Source: Candidatus Bathyarchaeota archaeon
GTDB lineage: Archaea > Thermoproteota > Bathyarchaeia > 40CM-2-53-6 > RBG-13-38-9
Direction of reading: 5' to 3'
Assembly (NCBI GenBank): GCA_963807605.1
Contig: CAWECG010000003.1
Span: forward strand, 1,056,001-1,120,000
DNA: 64,000 nucleotides
The notes below the pieces were generated by a model that saw only the letters and a list, made by a program, of their open reading frames with translations, made no database searches and had not been told where the DNA came from. Shown piece by piece: positions 10,113-20,701 of the stretch. The translations under genes and the position numbers were made by a program. Each line of letters opens with the position of its first letter. Position 1 is the stretch's first letter.

Positions 10113-11249
10113 TTGAGTTTCTCCCTTTCAGCTGCACAAAAAGATTTGAAGCTACGTGTTCAAGAGTTTGCCGCCAAAGAGTTGGCTCCTAAGGCTAGAG
10201 AGGTAGATAGAAGAGCAAGATTTCCACGGGAGAATGTCAAGGAAATGGCTGATCATGGTTTATTGGGCCTACCTCTCCCGCTCGAGTATGCCGGCTCCGG
10301 CATGGACATGACAAGTTACTGCATCGCTCTTGAAGAACTTGCAAAGGCATGCAGTACCACAGCCACAATAAACCTGTCTCATGTCCTCTCAGCCTTCAGC
10401 ATCTGTCTGTTTGGAACTCCAGAACAGAAGGAATTCTATCTAAAATCAATGGCCAAGGGCGAAAATCTAGGAGCCTTCGCAATAACAGAACGTACAGGAG
10501 GCTCTGACGTAGCGTCAATCCAGACTGAGGCAAGAGTCAAAGACGATAAATACGTTGTAACTGGCGAGAAGAGCTACATCACGAATGCTGGTCAGGCTGA
10601 CCTCTACATAGTCCTAGCCTCGACCGACAAGAGCAAAGGCTCCAAAGGGCTCAGCGCATTCATAGTTGACAGTGACACGGAAGGCCTATCCGTTGGCAAG
10701 ATTGAAGATCTTACCGGAATGAGAGGGATATCGATAGGTCAGATTATCCTCAAAGACTGCGGCGTCCCGAGAGACCACCTTATTGCAAGGGAAGGCGATG
10801 GTCTAAAGATAGCCCTGTCATGTATTGATAGGGGCAGAGTCGCTATCTCCGCCATAGGCGTTGGGCTTGCGCAGGCAGCCCTTGAAGCTTCGCTCAATTA
10901 TTCAAAAAAGAGAAACCAGTTCGGAAGATCATTATCAGAATTTCAGGCAATACAGTTCATGATAGCAGACATGGCGACTGAGGTGGAAGCAGCCAGACTC
11001 TTGACATATTACGCGGGATCCTTGGTTGGGGGAGGTTCAAGATTCACAAAGGAGGCTTCTATGGCTAAGCTCTACAGCTCAGAGGTCGCGATGCGTGCAG
11101 CTCTCAATGCTGTCCAGATTCACGGCGGATACGGATTATCAAAAGAAGGTCCTGTTGAGAGGTACATGAGAGACGCCAAGGCACTTGCTATAATGGAAGG
11201 GACGTCTGAGATTCAACGAATGATAATCGCCAAGAATGAGATCGGGTAG
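10113..11249 (+). CDS. Acyl-CoA dehydrogenase
   Basis: FAITE..GSD, GEKSYITN, QIHGGYG, EGTSEIQR. Confidence 0.95.
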   Translation: MSFSLSAAQKDLKLRVQEFAAKELAPKAREVDRRARFPRENVKEMADHGLLGLPLPLEYAGSGMDMTSYCIALEELAKACSTTATINLSHVLSAFSICLFGTPEQKEFYLKSMAKGENLGAFAITERTGGSDVASIQTEARVKDDKYVVTGEKSYITNAGQADLYIVLASTDKSKGSKGLSAFIVDSDTEGLSVGKIEDLTGMRGISIGQIILKDCGVPRDHLIAREGDGLKIALSCIDRGRVAISAIGVGLAQAALEASLNYSKKRNQFGRSLSEFQAIQFMIADMATEVEAARLLTYYAGSLVGGGSRFTKEASMAKLYSSEVAMRAALNAVQIHGGYGLSKEGPVERYMRDAKALAIMEGTSEIQRMIIAKNEIG

Positions 11250-11275
11250 CTGGAACAGCCTATTAACGGATAGTT

Positions 11276-11719
11276 TTACTCGTCTTTGTCCGTCCTGATA
11301 AGTTGGAGCATAGTTGACTTTGTAGTCTTCATGAATGGTAGAGCGTAGCTTATGATCCTTGTCGATATTATGCCGACGACTTTTCCTTTCTCATCCACGA
11401 CGGGAAGCCTCCTGACCCGCATCTTGGACATGGTCTCTGCTGCCTCCCTGAGCGGTGCGTCCTGAGAGATCGTCAAGAGGGGAGAGGACATTACCTCTCT
11501 CGCTATCATAGATTTAGGGTCGAGACCTTTTGCTACAACCTTCCTAGTCAAATCTCTCTCGGTTAAGATCCCCATCTCTTTTCCTTTAACTGTAACAAGA
11601 ACCGAACCGACGTCCCTCGAGGTCATTACTTCAGCCACCTCGACAATAGAGGCTTCTGAGGTGACCGTCGTCTTTGAGCGCATCCAGCTCTTGACTAGGG
11701 TCGAATCCTCCGATTCCAT
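11276..11719 (-). CDS. CBS domain pair protein
   Basis: GILTERD and RRLPVVD..GIIS motifs. Confidence 0.9.
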   Translation of the reverse strand: MESEDSTLVKSWMRSKTTVTSEASIVEVAEVMTSRDVGSVLVTVKGKEMGILTERDLTRKVVAKGLDPKSMIAREVMSSPLLTISQDAPLREAAETMSKMRVRRLPVVDEKGKVVGIISTRIISYALPFMKTTKSTMLQLIRTDKDE

Positions 11720-11745
11720 ATGTTTCCAGAGATCTCTTGGTGCTA

Positions 11746-13477
11746 TTAATCTGTTGGGGGTTCTTTAGAAGGAGTCTTTCTCGTCTTCCTTTCAGCTCTT
11801 ACAGCAACTACTATTGCAGCGAGGGCTATGATCATGGCCGTTGCTGCAGCCACCTCGGGAATCGGTAATCCTTTCTCAGGTGGTCTTGTTGGTCCGGCTT
11901 GCTGCATCAGCGCGGCCTCAGCCCTCATCCTAACCAGATGTTCCTGCATGGGTGCGAAGCCCTCCCAGTGCATGTAGTCGGCGCTCTGGTGGAATGCTCC
12001 CATGAACATCCGGTTATGCCATTCCTCCAGCATAAGATAGAGATCCTGCTCGATGGGGGTTGGCGACTTGTAGAATGCTAGCATGAAAGGATAGTTGTAC
12101 GGGTATGATCCAGGTTTCTGTATTGTGCCGTCCTTGTAGAGTTCGGCGACGATCCGAATACCTTCAGCAAGCAGATGTATCGACTCCTTGGTCACGTTAT
12201 CGTAATGCTTGAACTGCTGATTAATGTAGACTGTTGAGTGACATCGGTAGCATATCTCCATCTGCTCTGTCCTTAATCTTGTGAATTCCTCATCTGAGAG
12301 TCTGGCAACCCTCATGTCCTTGGCGAACTCAAAAAGCAGGCCTGGCTGGCCATCCGGGGTGAGAACTCCCAAACCCTTGAGCACTTCAGCGTTGTCCTGC
12401 GCCCACTCAGTGTCATTTGCAGCGGGCCCGACGTTGGGACCTAGGATACCATAGAAGCCATACGCTGTGATGACTGTATGGTTACCTTTGTCCATGTGAC
12501 ACGTGATGCAGACCGGCGCTTGGTTGGGCCACCTCTCATTGTATGGGTAGGTCCAATTGTATTCTCCTCCTCTTGTACTGTATATTATTCCATGTTTGGA
12601 GCCTATATACATCTCATAGGCTGGATGGTCGAAGCCCATGTGGCAGTTGCTGCAGGCTTCAGGTTTTCTGGCCTCGACTACGGAGAAGGTGTGTCTTGTG
12701 TGGCATACGTCGCACTTAGATCCCGGAGTAGTAGCGACCCCAGGAGTATTAGGTCCCCAGTTTGTTGTGTTCCCTGAGGAGCCTATTCTGTGACAGAGTC
12801 CACATCCCTTCACGATTGTTGACTCGTCCAGTCCCAGTATCGTTGTCACGGGGACCATTGATACCCAAGCAAGGTGATGTTTTCCATTGTTGAATTGATC
12901 CACTTGGGCCGGATGGCATGATCGGCACTGTTCTCCTGTGGGCCAGATCAATGCATCGTGGTTCGACCCGTGGCAAGCGTTACAATATACCCCAGATGAA
13001 GCATGTTTGCTTGCATTCCATTGTGCGACTATACCTGGGGTTACGGATGTGTGGCAAGCTAAGCATTCTGTTCCTTTGAAAACCCCTGTGGGCTCTGGGA
13101 TTCTTCTCAGCGCCAATCTCTAGAGTAGACGTGTTATCTTCTCTCTCATGTGAGGGCAGTGCAGAGGAAAGAAGAATAGGTTGAGAGGCAAGCATCAGAA
13201 CCATGACAAGGGCTAGAATTCTTGTTACTAGTTCTCTGTTTTGACTTAACCAACGTCCACCAAGCTTCAAACTCAGAAGGAATGCGCCCAAAACGACTGG
13301 AATGAAGGCCAATTGGTTTGGCGACAGGCTGAGAATCACTGTCGAATAGTTTAACTCATGGAAAGCCTTAGCGACGGCTGACCGCAATCCTTCGTCTATA
13401 ATAAGCGAAGATGAGACCAAGGCCAAAACTATTGGTAGAAGAAGGACATTCGTCGTCTTACACGGGTTCAGGCCCAT
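11746..13477 (-). CDS. Membrane-anchored octaheme cytochrome c (hydroxylamine oxidoreductase-like); frameshift at ~13095-13125
   Basis: Eight CxxCH motifs, CDVCHTRHTF, CHMGFDH and GAFH...Y. Hydrophobic N-terminus lies in the overlapping frame (12980-13498); C-terminal TM helix. Confidence 0.85.
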
Positions 13478-13611
13478 GGTTAACCCTCGGTCAGACAATA
13501 AACGCCTAACACTTAGTATTAACTATATTTAAAAAGCTAAGCCTCCGATGGTCTACTAAATGAGGGTGCCGAGAGGTTCGGTCAAGGTTTATTTGGGCTT
13601 GCCCCCCTCAG

Positions 13612-14346
13612 ATGATGCAGACTACGGATGGTCAGGCCGCAAGATCTACTGTGAAAAAGATTGCACTCTTTCTTCTCTTGCTCTTGACAGGAGCAGTATC
13701 GCTGCAACAGGCAGTCGGTCTTGAGAAGGCCCCCGACTTCGCCCTGACAGACACAGAGGGTCACAAGGTATCACTTTCGAGCTTTGCTGGGAAACACCTG
13801 CTAATAGACTTTTTCGCAACATGGTGCTCACCCTGCGCCCTCCAGGTTGGTCATCTCAAGGATTTGAAGAGTAAACTAGGGTCTAATATCAGCATAGTCT
13901 CAATAGATATTGACCCACTCTCGGACAAGAATCAAGATCTAATCGACTACAAGAAGAAATACGACTTTAACTGGACTGTCGCTCTGGATACAGCACATGT
14001 TGGAATAGAATACAGAGTTGTCGCCATTCCCACACTTGCATTGATAGACCCCTCAGGAAACCTCATGCGAACGTACGTTGGCGTTACTGACGAGTCCGTA
14101 ATCCTTCAAGAATTGCCCTTTAAGATATCTGAGCCTCCGAAGAATCAGGAAACTCCGAGCACAACCACGCCTGTTCAGGCTAGCCCTACCAATACAGCAG
14201 GTTCAGTTAATTCACCAACAGGAAGTCAACAATTCACAATAATTGCTGCAATAGTTGTTGTTTTGGTAGCTTCACTGTCAGCGGGTGTCATGATTCGGTG
14301 GCGGAGACAGTCTTCACGAAGAAATAGAGCGAAAACTACTGGGTAG
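13612..14346 (+). CDS. TlpA/ResA-like thiol-disulfide oxidoreductase with signal peptide and C-terminal TM
   Basis: APDFALTD, FFATWCSPC and cis-Pro IPT motif. Confidence 0.88.
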   Translation: MMQTTDGQAARSTVKKIALFLLLLLTGAVSLQQAVGLEKAPDFALTDTEGHKVSLSSFAGKHLLIDFFATWCSPCALQVGHLKDLKSKLGSNISIVSIDIDPLSDKNQDLIDYKKKYDFNWTVALDTAHVGIEYRVVAIPTLALIDPSGNLMRTYVGVTDESVILQELPFKISEPPKNQETPSTTTPVQASPTNTAGSVNSPTGSQQFTIIAAIVVVLVASLSAGVMIRWRRQSSRRNRAKTTG

Positions 14347-14514
14347 TTTGAGCCTGAGCGTGACAACTCAAAGTCACTGGCTTGTGATTAGATTGTGGTG
14401 TGGTTCTGGAACGTGAAACCTTACCTCATACCCCCTGATAGAATAGCTTAACAATATTACCTATTTGGTGAACATAGTTACTGTATTCAGTTGCTAAAGA
14501 GGTCAATTTGAAAT

Positions 14515-16011
14515 TTGGTTTCAGGTGTTTATCGATCACGTTTGAGTAGCGGGCCTGACGAATCAGCTGAGAAATTCATGTCTTCGATGAAGGACGATAA
14601 CAGAATTCTGCTAGAAGACATATTGGGCACAATGGCCCACGACATAATGCTATACGAGCAGAAGATAATCTCACATCAAGACCTTAGAGAGATCCTAACG
14701 GCCCTTGATGAGCTTCGTATACTTTGGCTTCGAGGTGAAGTTACTCTCGATCCAGGTTTTGAGGACGTTCACGAGTTTGTTGAGGATTACGTCTTAAGAA
14801 AGATAGGCCTACAAATCGGGGGAAAGCTCCACACAGGCCGTTCAAGGAATGACCAAGTCGCTCTCGATCAGAGAATGACCATAAGAAAAGAATTGAATGA
14901 GATTAGCCAGAGGATTCTTCATCTGATCGAAGTTTTGCTTGAGAGGGCAGCTGATAATTCAGAAAGCTTGATGATAGGGTACACGCATACTCAGCATGCG
15001 CAGACAACATCATTTGGACATTACCTCATAGCTTACGCGGATGCGGTATTCAGAGATTTTGAGCGCCTCCGTCAGTCATACACAAGACTTAACCATTCCC
15101 CCCTAGGAGCATGCGCTCTCGCAGGATCAAGTTTCCCCTTAGACCGAGAAAGGACAGCACGAATGTTGGGCTTTGACGGTTTAGTGGAGAATTCGATCGA
15201 TGCCGTAAGTTCACGAGATTTCATCGTCGAGTCGCTCGCATGCCTAGCCATTCTTATGACGCATCTCAGCAGGTTCGCAGAAGATCTGATTCTTTGGTCA
15301 AGTAGTGAGTTCGGATACGTGGAGGTTTCTGACGCATACGCATCAACTTCAAGTGTAATGCCTCAGAAGAAGAACCCCTGTACCCTTGAGCTGATCAGAG
15401 GCAAAACCGGGATTGCATGTGGTGAGCTGATAAATCTGCTTACAATTCTCAAAGGACTGATGACCGGATATAATCGTGATCTCCAAGAAGTCAAGCGCCC
15501 CATCTGGACGAGCATAGACAACACCAAAGACTGCCTAACCATTCTTGCGGGCGCAATAAGGACACTGAAGATCAATAGAGAAAGGATGCTCAAAATCGCG
15601 TCTAACAGCTACGCCCTAGCCATAGACCTAGCTGAGGAACTCGTCAGAAAAGGCCTCTCCTTCAGGGAATCACATAAACTTGTAGGAACCCTCGTCAGGA
15701 ACAGTGTTGAATCAAAAAAGACATTGAGTAGCATAACCCCCGACATGATAGACGAATACTCACAGAAGATCCTTGGAAAACCGGTGAAGATATCGGCAGA
15801 TGAATTGAAGAGGGTGCTTGATCCCGTCAAATCATTGAGTTCACGCCTGACGGTAGGAAGCCCCAACCCAGAAGAAGTTAAGAGAATGGTCGACGACCGA
15901 AGGAAGAAGTTGAATGATTCAAAGGAATCACTTGAAGCAGAAGTCAAGAGAATAGAAAGAGTGTGGAGCGCACTCCTTGAATTGGTGAAATCTATCAAGG
16001 AAGCAAGGTGA
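14515..16011 (+). CDS. argH: Argininosuccinate lyase
   Basis: HTGRSRNDQ, GYTH, SSVMPQKKNP, YNRDLQE. Confidence 0.97.
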   Translation: MVSGVYRSRLSSGPDESAEKFMSSMKDDNRILLEDILGTMAHDIMLYEQKIISHQDLREILTALDELRILWLRGEVTLDPGFEDVHEFVEDYVLRKIGLQIGGKLHTGRSRNDQVALDQRMTIRKELNEISQRILHLIEVLLERAADNSESLMIGYTHTQHAQTTSFGHYLIAYADAVFRDFERLRQSYTRLNHSPLGACALAGSSFPLDRERTARMLGFDGLVENSIDAVSSRDFIVESLACLAILMTHLSRFAEDLILWSSSEFGYVEVSDAYASTSSVMPQKKNPCTLELIRGKTGIACGELINLLTILKGLMTGYNRDLQEVKRPIWTSIDNTKDCLTILAGAIRTLKINRERMLKIASNSYALAIDLAEELVRKGLSFRESHKLVGTLVRNSVESKKTLSSITPDMIDEYSQKILGKPVKISADELKRVLDPVKSLSSRLTVGSPNPEEVKRMVDDRRKKLNDSKESLEAEVKRIERVWSALLELVKSIKEAR

Positions 16012-17201
16012 AGAGGTTGGAAGAAAGAGGTAGAGTTGCACTTGCATATTCAGGAGGTCTTGATTCAACACTCCTTATGATCCTTCTCAAGGAACACTAC
16101 AGATTCAGCGAAGTCATACCTGTCCTAGTCGATGTGGGTCAAGGAGAGGAAGAGATAACCATAGCCAGAGAGCGGGCTGAGAAACTAGACAAGAGAATCG
16201 TCTTTTTCGACTCTAAGACGGAGTTCACAAAAGACTACACCTTCAAATGCATAAAGGCAAACGGTAACTACGAAGGGTACCCAGTAGGAACCTCAATGTC
16301 GAGGGTGCTCATCGCCTCAAAGGTCTCAGAGATTGCTAGACGAGAGAAGGCGGAAGCTGTAGCTCACGGCTGCACCGGAAAGGGAAACGACCAGTTCAGA
16401 ATGGAGAACGCCTTCAGATACTATGTGCCAGAGATGAAGATCGTAGCACCTGTAAGAGAACTAGACCTTTCAAGACCTAAAGAAGAAGAGATCCTCCGAC
16501 AACACGGGATCCAGCCTGAAAGGAGAAGAGGAACGCTCGGCGGAGACGTGAACATGTGGTCCCACTCGATCGGCAGTGGCCAAGTCGAAGATCTGACATC
16601 ACAGTACCTGAAAGATTACATCTGGGCTGTCACACCTGAGGACGCCCCAGACAAGCCAACTGAGATGAGCCTCACATACGAAAGAGGGATTCCCGTGGAG
16701 CTGAATGGGGTAAAGGATCCTGTGAGAATCATCTTGGAACTAGACAGGATAGGAGGAGCCAACGGAATAGGGAGAATAGATATCATTGAAGATGGCATAC
16801 TCGGGCTCAAGTCAAGAGAACTCTATGAGGCTCCAGCAGCAAGCATTCTTCTGACAACACACGCCGATCTCGAGGGCTTAACCTTGACAAAAGAGCAACG
16901 GAGACTTAAACGCGAGCTGGATAGAGTGTGGGCTGACATGGTCTACCACGGAATGTGGCTTCATCCGCTAAGGCGGGATATAGAGGCCTTCATAGACTCA
17001 ACACAGCAGTATGTAAGCGGGAAGATAACCTTCAAGATGTTCAAGGGTACGCTTGAGGTCGTGAGACGCGAATCCGACAGATCACTTTTCGCACCCGAAC
17101 TGCGTTCAGTCAAAAAGGGCGGCTTCGATCAAAGAGAGGCTACAGGAGCGGTCAAGCTCTCAGGGCTACAATACCAGCTGTTCAGAGAAAAGGGAAGATA
17201 A
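16008..17201 (+). CDS. argG: Argininosuccinate synthase
   Basis: LAYSGGLDS, HGCTGKGNDQ, KSRELYEAP. Confidence 0.97.
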   Translation: MKRLEERGRVALAYSGGLDSTLLMILLKEHYRFSEVIPVLVDVGQGEEEITIARERAEKLDKRIVFFDSKTEFTKDYTFKCIKANGNYEGYPVGTSMSRVLIASKVSEIARREKAEAVAHGCTGKGNDQFRMENAFRYYVPEMKIVAPVRELDLSRPKEEEILRQHGIQPERRRGTLGGDVNMWSHSIGSGQVEDLTSQYLKDYIWAVTPEDAPDKPTEMSLTYERGIPVELNGVKDPVRIILELDRIGGANGIGRIDIIEDGILGLKSRELYEAPAASILLTTHADLEGLTLTKEQRRLKRELDRVWADMVYHGMWLHPLRRDIEAFIDSTQQYVSGKITFKMFKGTLEVVRRESDRSLFAPELRSVKKGGFDQREATGAVKLSGLQYQLFREKGR

Positions 17202-17240
17202 GACTCCGCAATACCCGAGAGGCCATTAGTAGATATCTTT

Positions 17241-18202
17241 CTAGATCGCCCGCAACGCCACTGCTTTATCATTCAGATCCTTGAAGAGAATTGAAGATAA
17301 GTACCTTTCACCAGTATCAGGAAGTACCGTTACTATTAGCTTGTTCTTGTTCTCTGGCCGCTTCGCAATCTGAATAGCCGCAAATACTGCCGCTCCGCTG
17401 GATATACCGCACAAGATTCCTTCTTCCCTAACAAGTCGCCTAGCCGTGTCGACGGCCTCCTCATTCTTCACCCTGAATATTTCATCGACAAGATCTAACT
17501 TCATAACCTCAGGAATGAAGCCGGCTCCGATCCCCTGGATCTTGTGAGGAGCCGGTTTTCCTCCTAAGAGTACTGGTGAGTCGAATGGTTCGATGGCCAC
17601 TATTTTCAAACCAGGTTTCTTAGGTTTGATCACTTCGGCAACACCTGTTATGGTTCCGCCAGTTCCGACGCCGGCCACGAAAATGTCTACTCGTCCCTCA
17701 GTGTCTTCCCAGATCTCGATGGCTGTTGTTTCCCGGTGAATCTTAGGGTTTGCGGGATTCTTGAATTGTTGCGGTACGAAGGACTTGGGAATGGTCTTGG
17801 CTAGTTCCTCAGCTTTCTCAACAGCTCCTCCCATGCCTTTTGCTCCCGGAGTCAATACGAGCTCTGCACCGTAGGCCATCAGCAAGGTTCTTCTTTCCAG
17901 GCTCATCGTGTCCGGCATAGTCAAATCAGTCTGTAGCCTTTCACGGCTGCGACCATTGCCAGTCCTATGCCGGTATTGCCACTAGTGGGCTCAATTATTA
18001 CTGAGTCTTGTTTCAACAGTCCCTGTTTTTCAGCTTCATCGATCATGCTTAAACAGATTCTATCTTTTACGCTCCCACCTGGATTTCGAGCTTCAAGCTT
18101 TGCAAGAATTGTCGCGTCAAGTCCCGCAGTCAACTTGTTCAGTTTGACTAGGGGAGTTGTTCCTATCGTCTCAAGGACGTTTCCATAGATTTTACTTGTC
18201 AT
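17241..18202 (-). CDS. cysK: Cysteine synthase A; split by a single-base frameshift at ~17923
   Basis: NPGGSVKDR and EPTSGNTG in the 5' ORF; GVGTGGT, HKIQGIG and GISSG in the 3' ORF. Confidence 0.93.
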
Positions 18203-18563
18203 CAAACCGTCTCCAAACATCTTTCCCGGAGTTCCGGGGTTCTTAGTCTATATGCCTAAATCAATATCTAGTTGCCTGTGATACTCCTTTAGGAATTGTG
18301 TTCCGATAAGAACAATGTACGTATTTCTTTTTTGATCCTCAGCAGGAACTCTAGCGCGCGCTAGCTTGAGAGTTTCGGAGCTAACTTAGCCGTCATGCCC
18401 AAGACGAGTGTGTTATCTCTCTCGGCCGACTCGTTGACATTGGGATTGCTAAGTGTGGGTTCTAATGATCTGCTCGAACGAGACATCGCAAACATACGCA
18501 CAATAAAGGACAACATGAGTATGCAATAGTGTCGCCAAAACTCTTCCTTCAAAGCTAATTCTT

Positions 18564-18794
18564 CTAGCAGATCATCTTAGCGCCGCATTTTCGACATTTC
18601 TTCTTGTGTGGAATGTTTACCGCGCCGCATTCCGGGCAACGTCTAAAAGTGCGCTCAGGCGTGAAGGATCTTCCACAACTGATACAATTCTTGATATCAG
18701 GTGGGTTCTCAGTTTTGCATTGAGGACATATCAAGACTTTCAAACCTTTGAGAATCGCTGGGGTAAGACGATTAAGTCCTGTGAAGCAGGACAA
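18564..18794 (-). CDS. Double zinc-ribbon protein
   Basis: Four CxxC pairs (CPQC, CISC, CPEC, CRKC). True start may be slightly downstream. Confidence 0.75.
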   Translation of the reverse strand: MSCFTGLNRLTPAILKGLKVLICPQCKTENPPDIKNCISCGRSFTPERTFRRCPECGAVNIPHKKKCRKCGAKMIC

Positions 18795-19003
18795 CTTACA
18801 TATGAACTTTAGCTGGTTCAGGTCAGCTGTAGGCCTACCGTCTATAGCTTAGCATGCCCCTTACGGACAAAAATTGAATAAAATCATCCCTCTTAGCCCC
18901 AGAATTAGCCGAGTTGTAAATCCAGCATTCTCACTGTAGGCTAGCCTATAGTAACAACTAATTAATACATGAATTACTGCATACATAATGCTAGGAATCG
19001 TAG

Positions 19004-20626
19004 ATGAGGCGAATTCCCCTTCAGTCATACTTTACAGTTTTTTTGGTCATAACCCTCCTTTTGCTTCCGCTTACTAGGCCACTCGGTGTCCAAGCGCAGA
19101 GCGTGAGTACGGTACACACATATGTGAATATTACACCAACTTGTGCTCTGCCTGGTCAGAAAATGACAGTGACAATCAACGTAAGTGTCACAGGCACTGG
19201 CGGTGGGGGTGTTGCTCCTGTTGATGTTTCTCTGGTGATTGATAGAACAGGCAGCATGTTTGGACAGAAATTTGCGGATGCTCAGGCTGCAGCAGAAGCC
19301 TTTGTTGAAACCCTACAGAATACAGATAGAGCTGATGTGATAGGTTTCAGTACGACTGTCCAGATCGCAAGAGATTTTACGTGGGCTAATACGACTGGAA
19401 AGGCTGCACTTGTGACTGGTATAGAAAATATAATACCTCCTTACGGCTACACAAATCTCTACGCTGGATTGCAGGCAAGCGTGCAAAACACTACAGCTAA
19501 AGGAAGAGCCGTTGCCAGCAAAGCTATAATCCTCCTAACTGACGGTAGACCGAATGTTGGTGTAACTACATCTTCAAAATTCATACAGTTAGCCCAAAGT
19601 GCTTCTGCAAACAACATTAGAGTTTATACAATTGGGCTTGGTGGGCCTTTAGTATCAGATCCTGTGAATGCATCGTTGCTGCAGGATATAGCGACCGCAG
19701 GTAATGGGCAATATTTCTTTGCTCCAACAAGCTCTCAGCTTAAAACCATATACCTCCAGCTTTCTACTCTCATCAGAGGACCTCCCGCCGAGAATGTCCG
19801 TGTCACGGAGACGCTGCCAACCTCAATCGTAACCTATGATAATGATGCATCTCAGCCGCCAAACTCTACAACTACGAATACGCTCTTCTGGCAAATCCCA
19901 CTTATAGCGGTGGGAACCTATTGGTCGGTCACATTCACTGTCACCGCGCAGAAACGTGTAGCCGTCGTGCCGACCATCAGCCAAACAACTGTCATCTACG
20001 ATCAAGCTGGACAGCTAGACATACGGATAGACCAACCACCGGCCATGACAGTTACACAAGTTGCAGTAACCAGCATGGGAGCATCAACTACCACTGCAAC
20101 TCAAGGCACCGTAGTAAATTACAACGCGACAATTGTAAATCTAGGATTGACCGCAGAAACCTTCGTTGTAGGCCTCATTGTCAATACAACCAGCGTTGGG
20201 CAGACCTCAGTCACCCTTGCCAACGGGACTTCAACAGTCGTACATTTCAGCTGGAATACTACAAACACGTCTCCCGGAACTTACAACGTCTACATAATCG
20301 CCGACCCTGGCAAGACCATAAGCTGCGAGGACCTCACAAATACCACCAGAACAACGACGTTGACTATTACGCCGCAAGCTGTAGGCTCAATACTTCCATT
20401 GTTGCTGATAATCTTAATTCCACTGGCGATAATTCCTATTGCTGCCGCAGCATTGTTGGGTAAAAGGAGAAGGTACGGATCGCCCCCGCGCTCGGTGCCT
20501 CGGGCTGTCAGTGGCCCCCTTAGCATGGTGCCTGCGCGTATGCTCTGTGCTAGGTGTGGCGTGCCCTTGGTGTACTATCCTGACGCCGGAAAGTGGTATT
20601 GTGCCCGCTGCGGAAAATATGCCTAA
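19004..20626 (+). CDS. Cell-surface VWA domain protein with CARDB/Ig-like domains, TM anchor and cytoplasmic zinc ribbon
   Basis: Signal peptide, MIDAS DRTGS..T..LTDG, Thr-rich beta domains, TM helix, CARC..WYCARC tail. Confidence 0.85.
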   Translation: MRRIPLQSYFTVFLVITLLLLPLTRPLGVQAQSVSTVHTYVNITPTCALPGQKMTVTINVSVTGTGGGGVAPVDVSLVIDRTGSMFGQKFADAQAAAEAFVETLQNTDRADVIGFSTTVQIARDFTWANTTGKAALVTGIENIIPPYGYTNLYAGLQASVQNTTAKGRAVASKAIILLTDGRPNVGVTTSSKFIQLAQSASANNIRVYTIGLGGPLVSDPVNASLLQDIATAGNGQYFFAPTSSQLKTIYLQLSTLIRGPPAENVRVTETLPTSIVTYDNDASQPPNSTTTNTLFWQIPLIAVGTYWSVTFTVTAQKRVAVVPTISQTTVIYDQAGQLDIRIDQPPAMTVTQVAVTSMGASTTTATQGTVVNYNATIVNLGLTAETFVVGLIVNTTSVGQTSVTLANGTSTVVHFSWNTTNTSPGTYNVYIIADPGKTISCEDLTNTTRTTTLTITPQAVGSILPLLLIILIPLAIIPIAAAALLGKRRRYGSPPRSVPRAVSGPLSMVPARMLCARCGVPLVYYPDAGKWYCARCGKYA

Positions 20627-20701
20627 GAAATGGAAATCGGGTCAGGCTCGCCCCAAACCTCCCCATCTTCTTTGCTCGTATTGAATAAGCAACTAACCTA
20701 C

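Noticed and set aside
17921-17924. Selenocysteine readthrough or programmed frameshift in cysK and other split genes
   Set aside because: The continuation is in a different frame, and no slippery site or SECIS-like element is evident.
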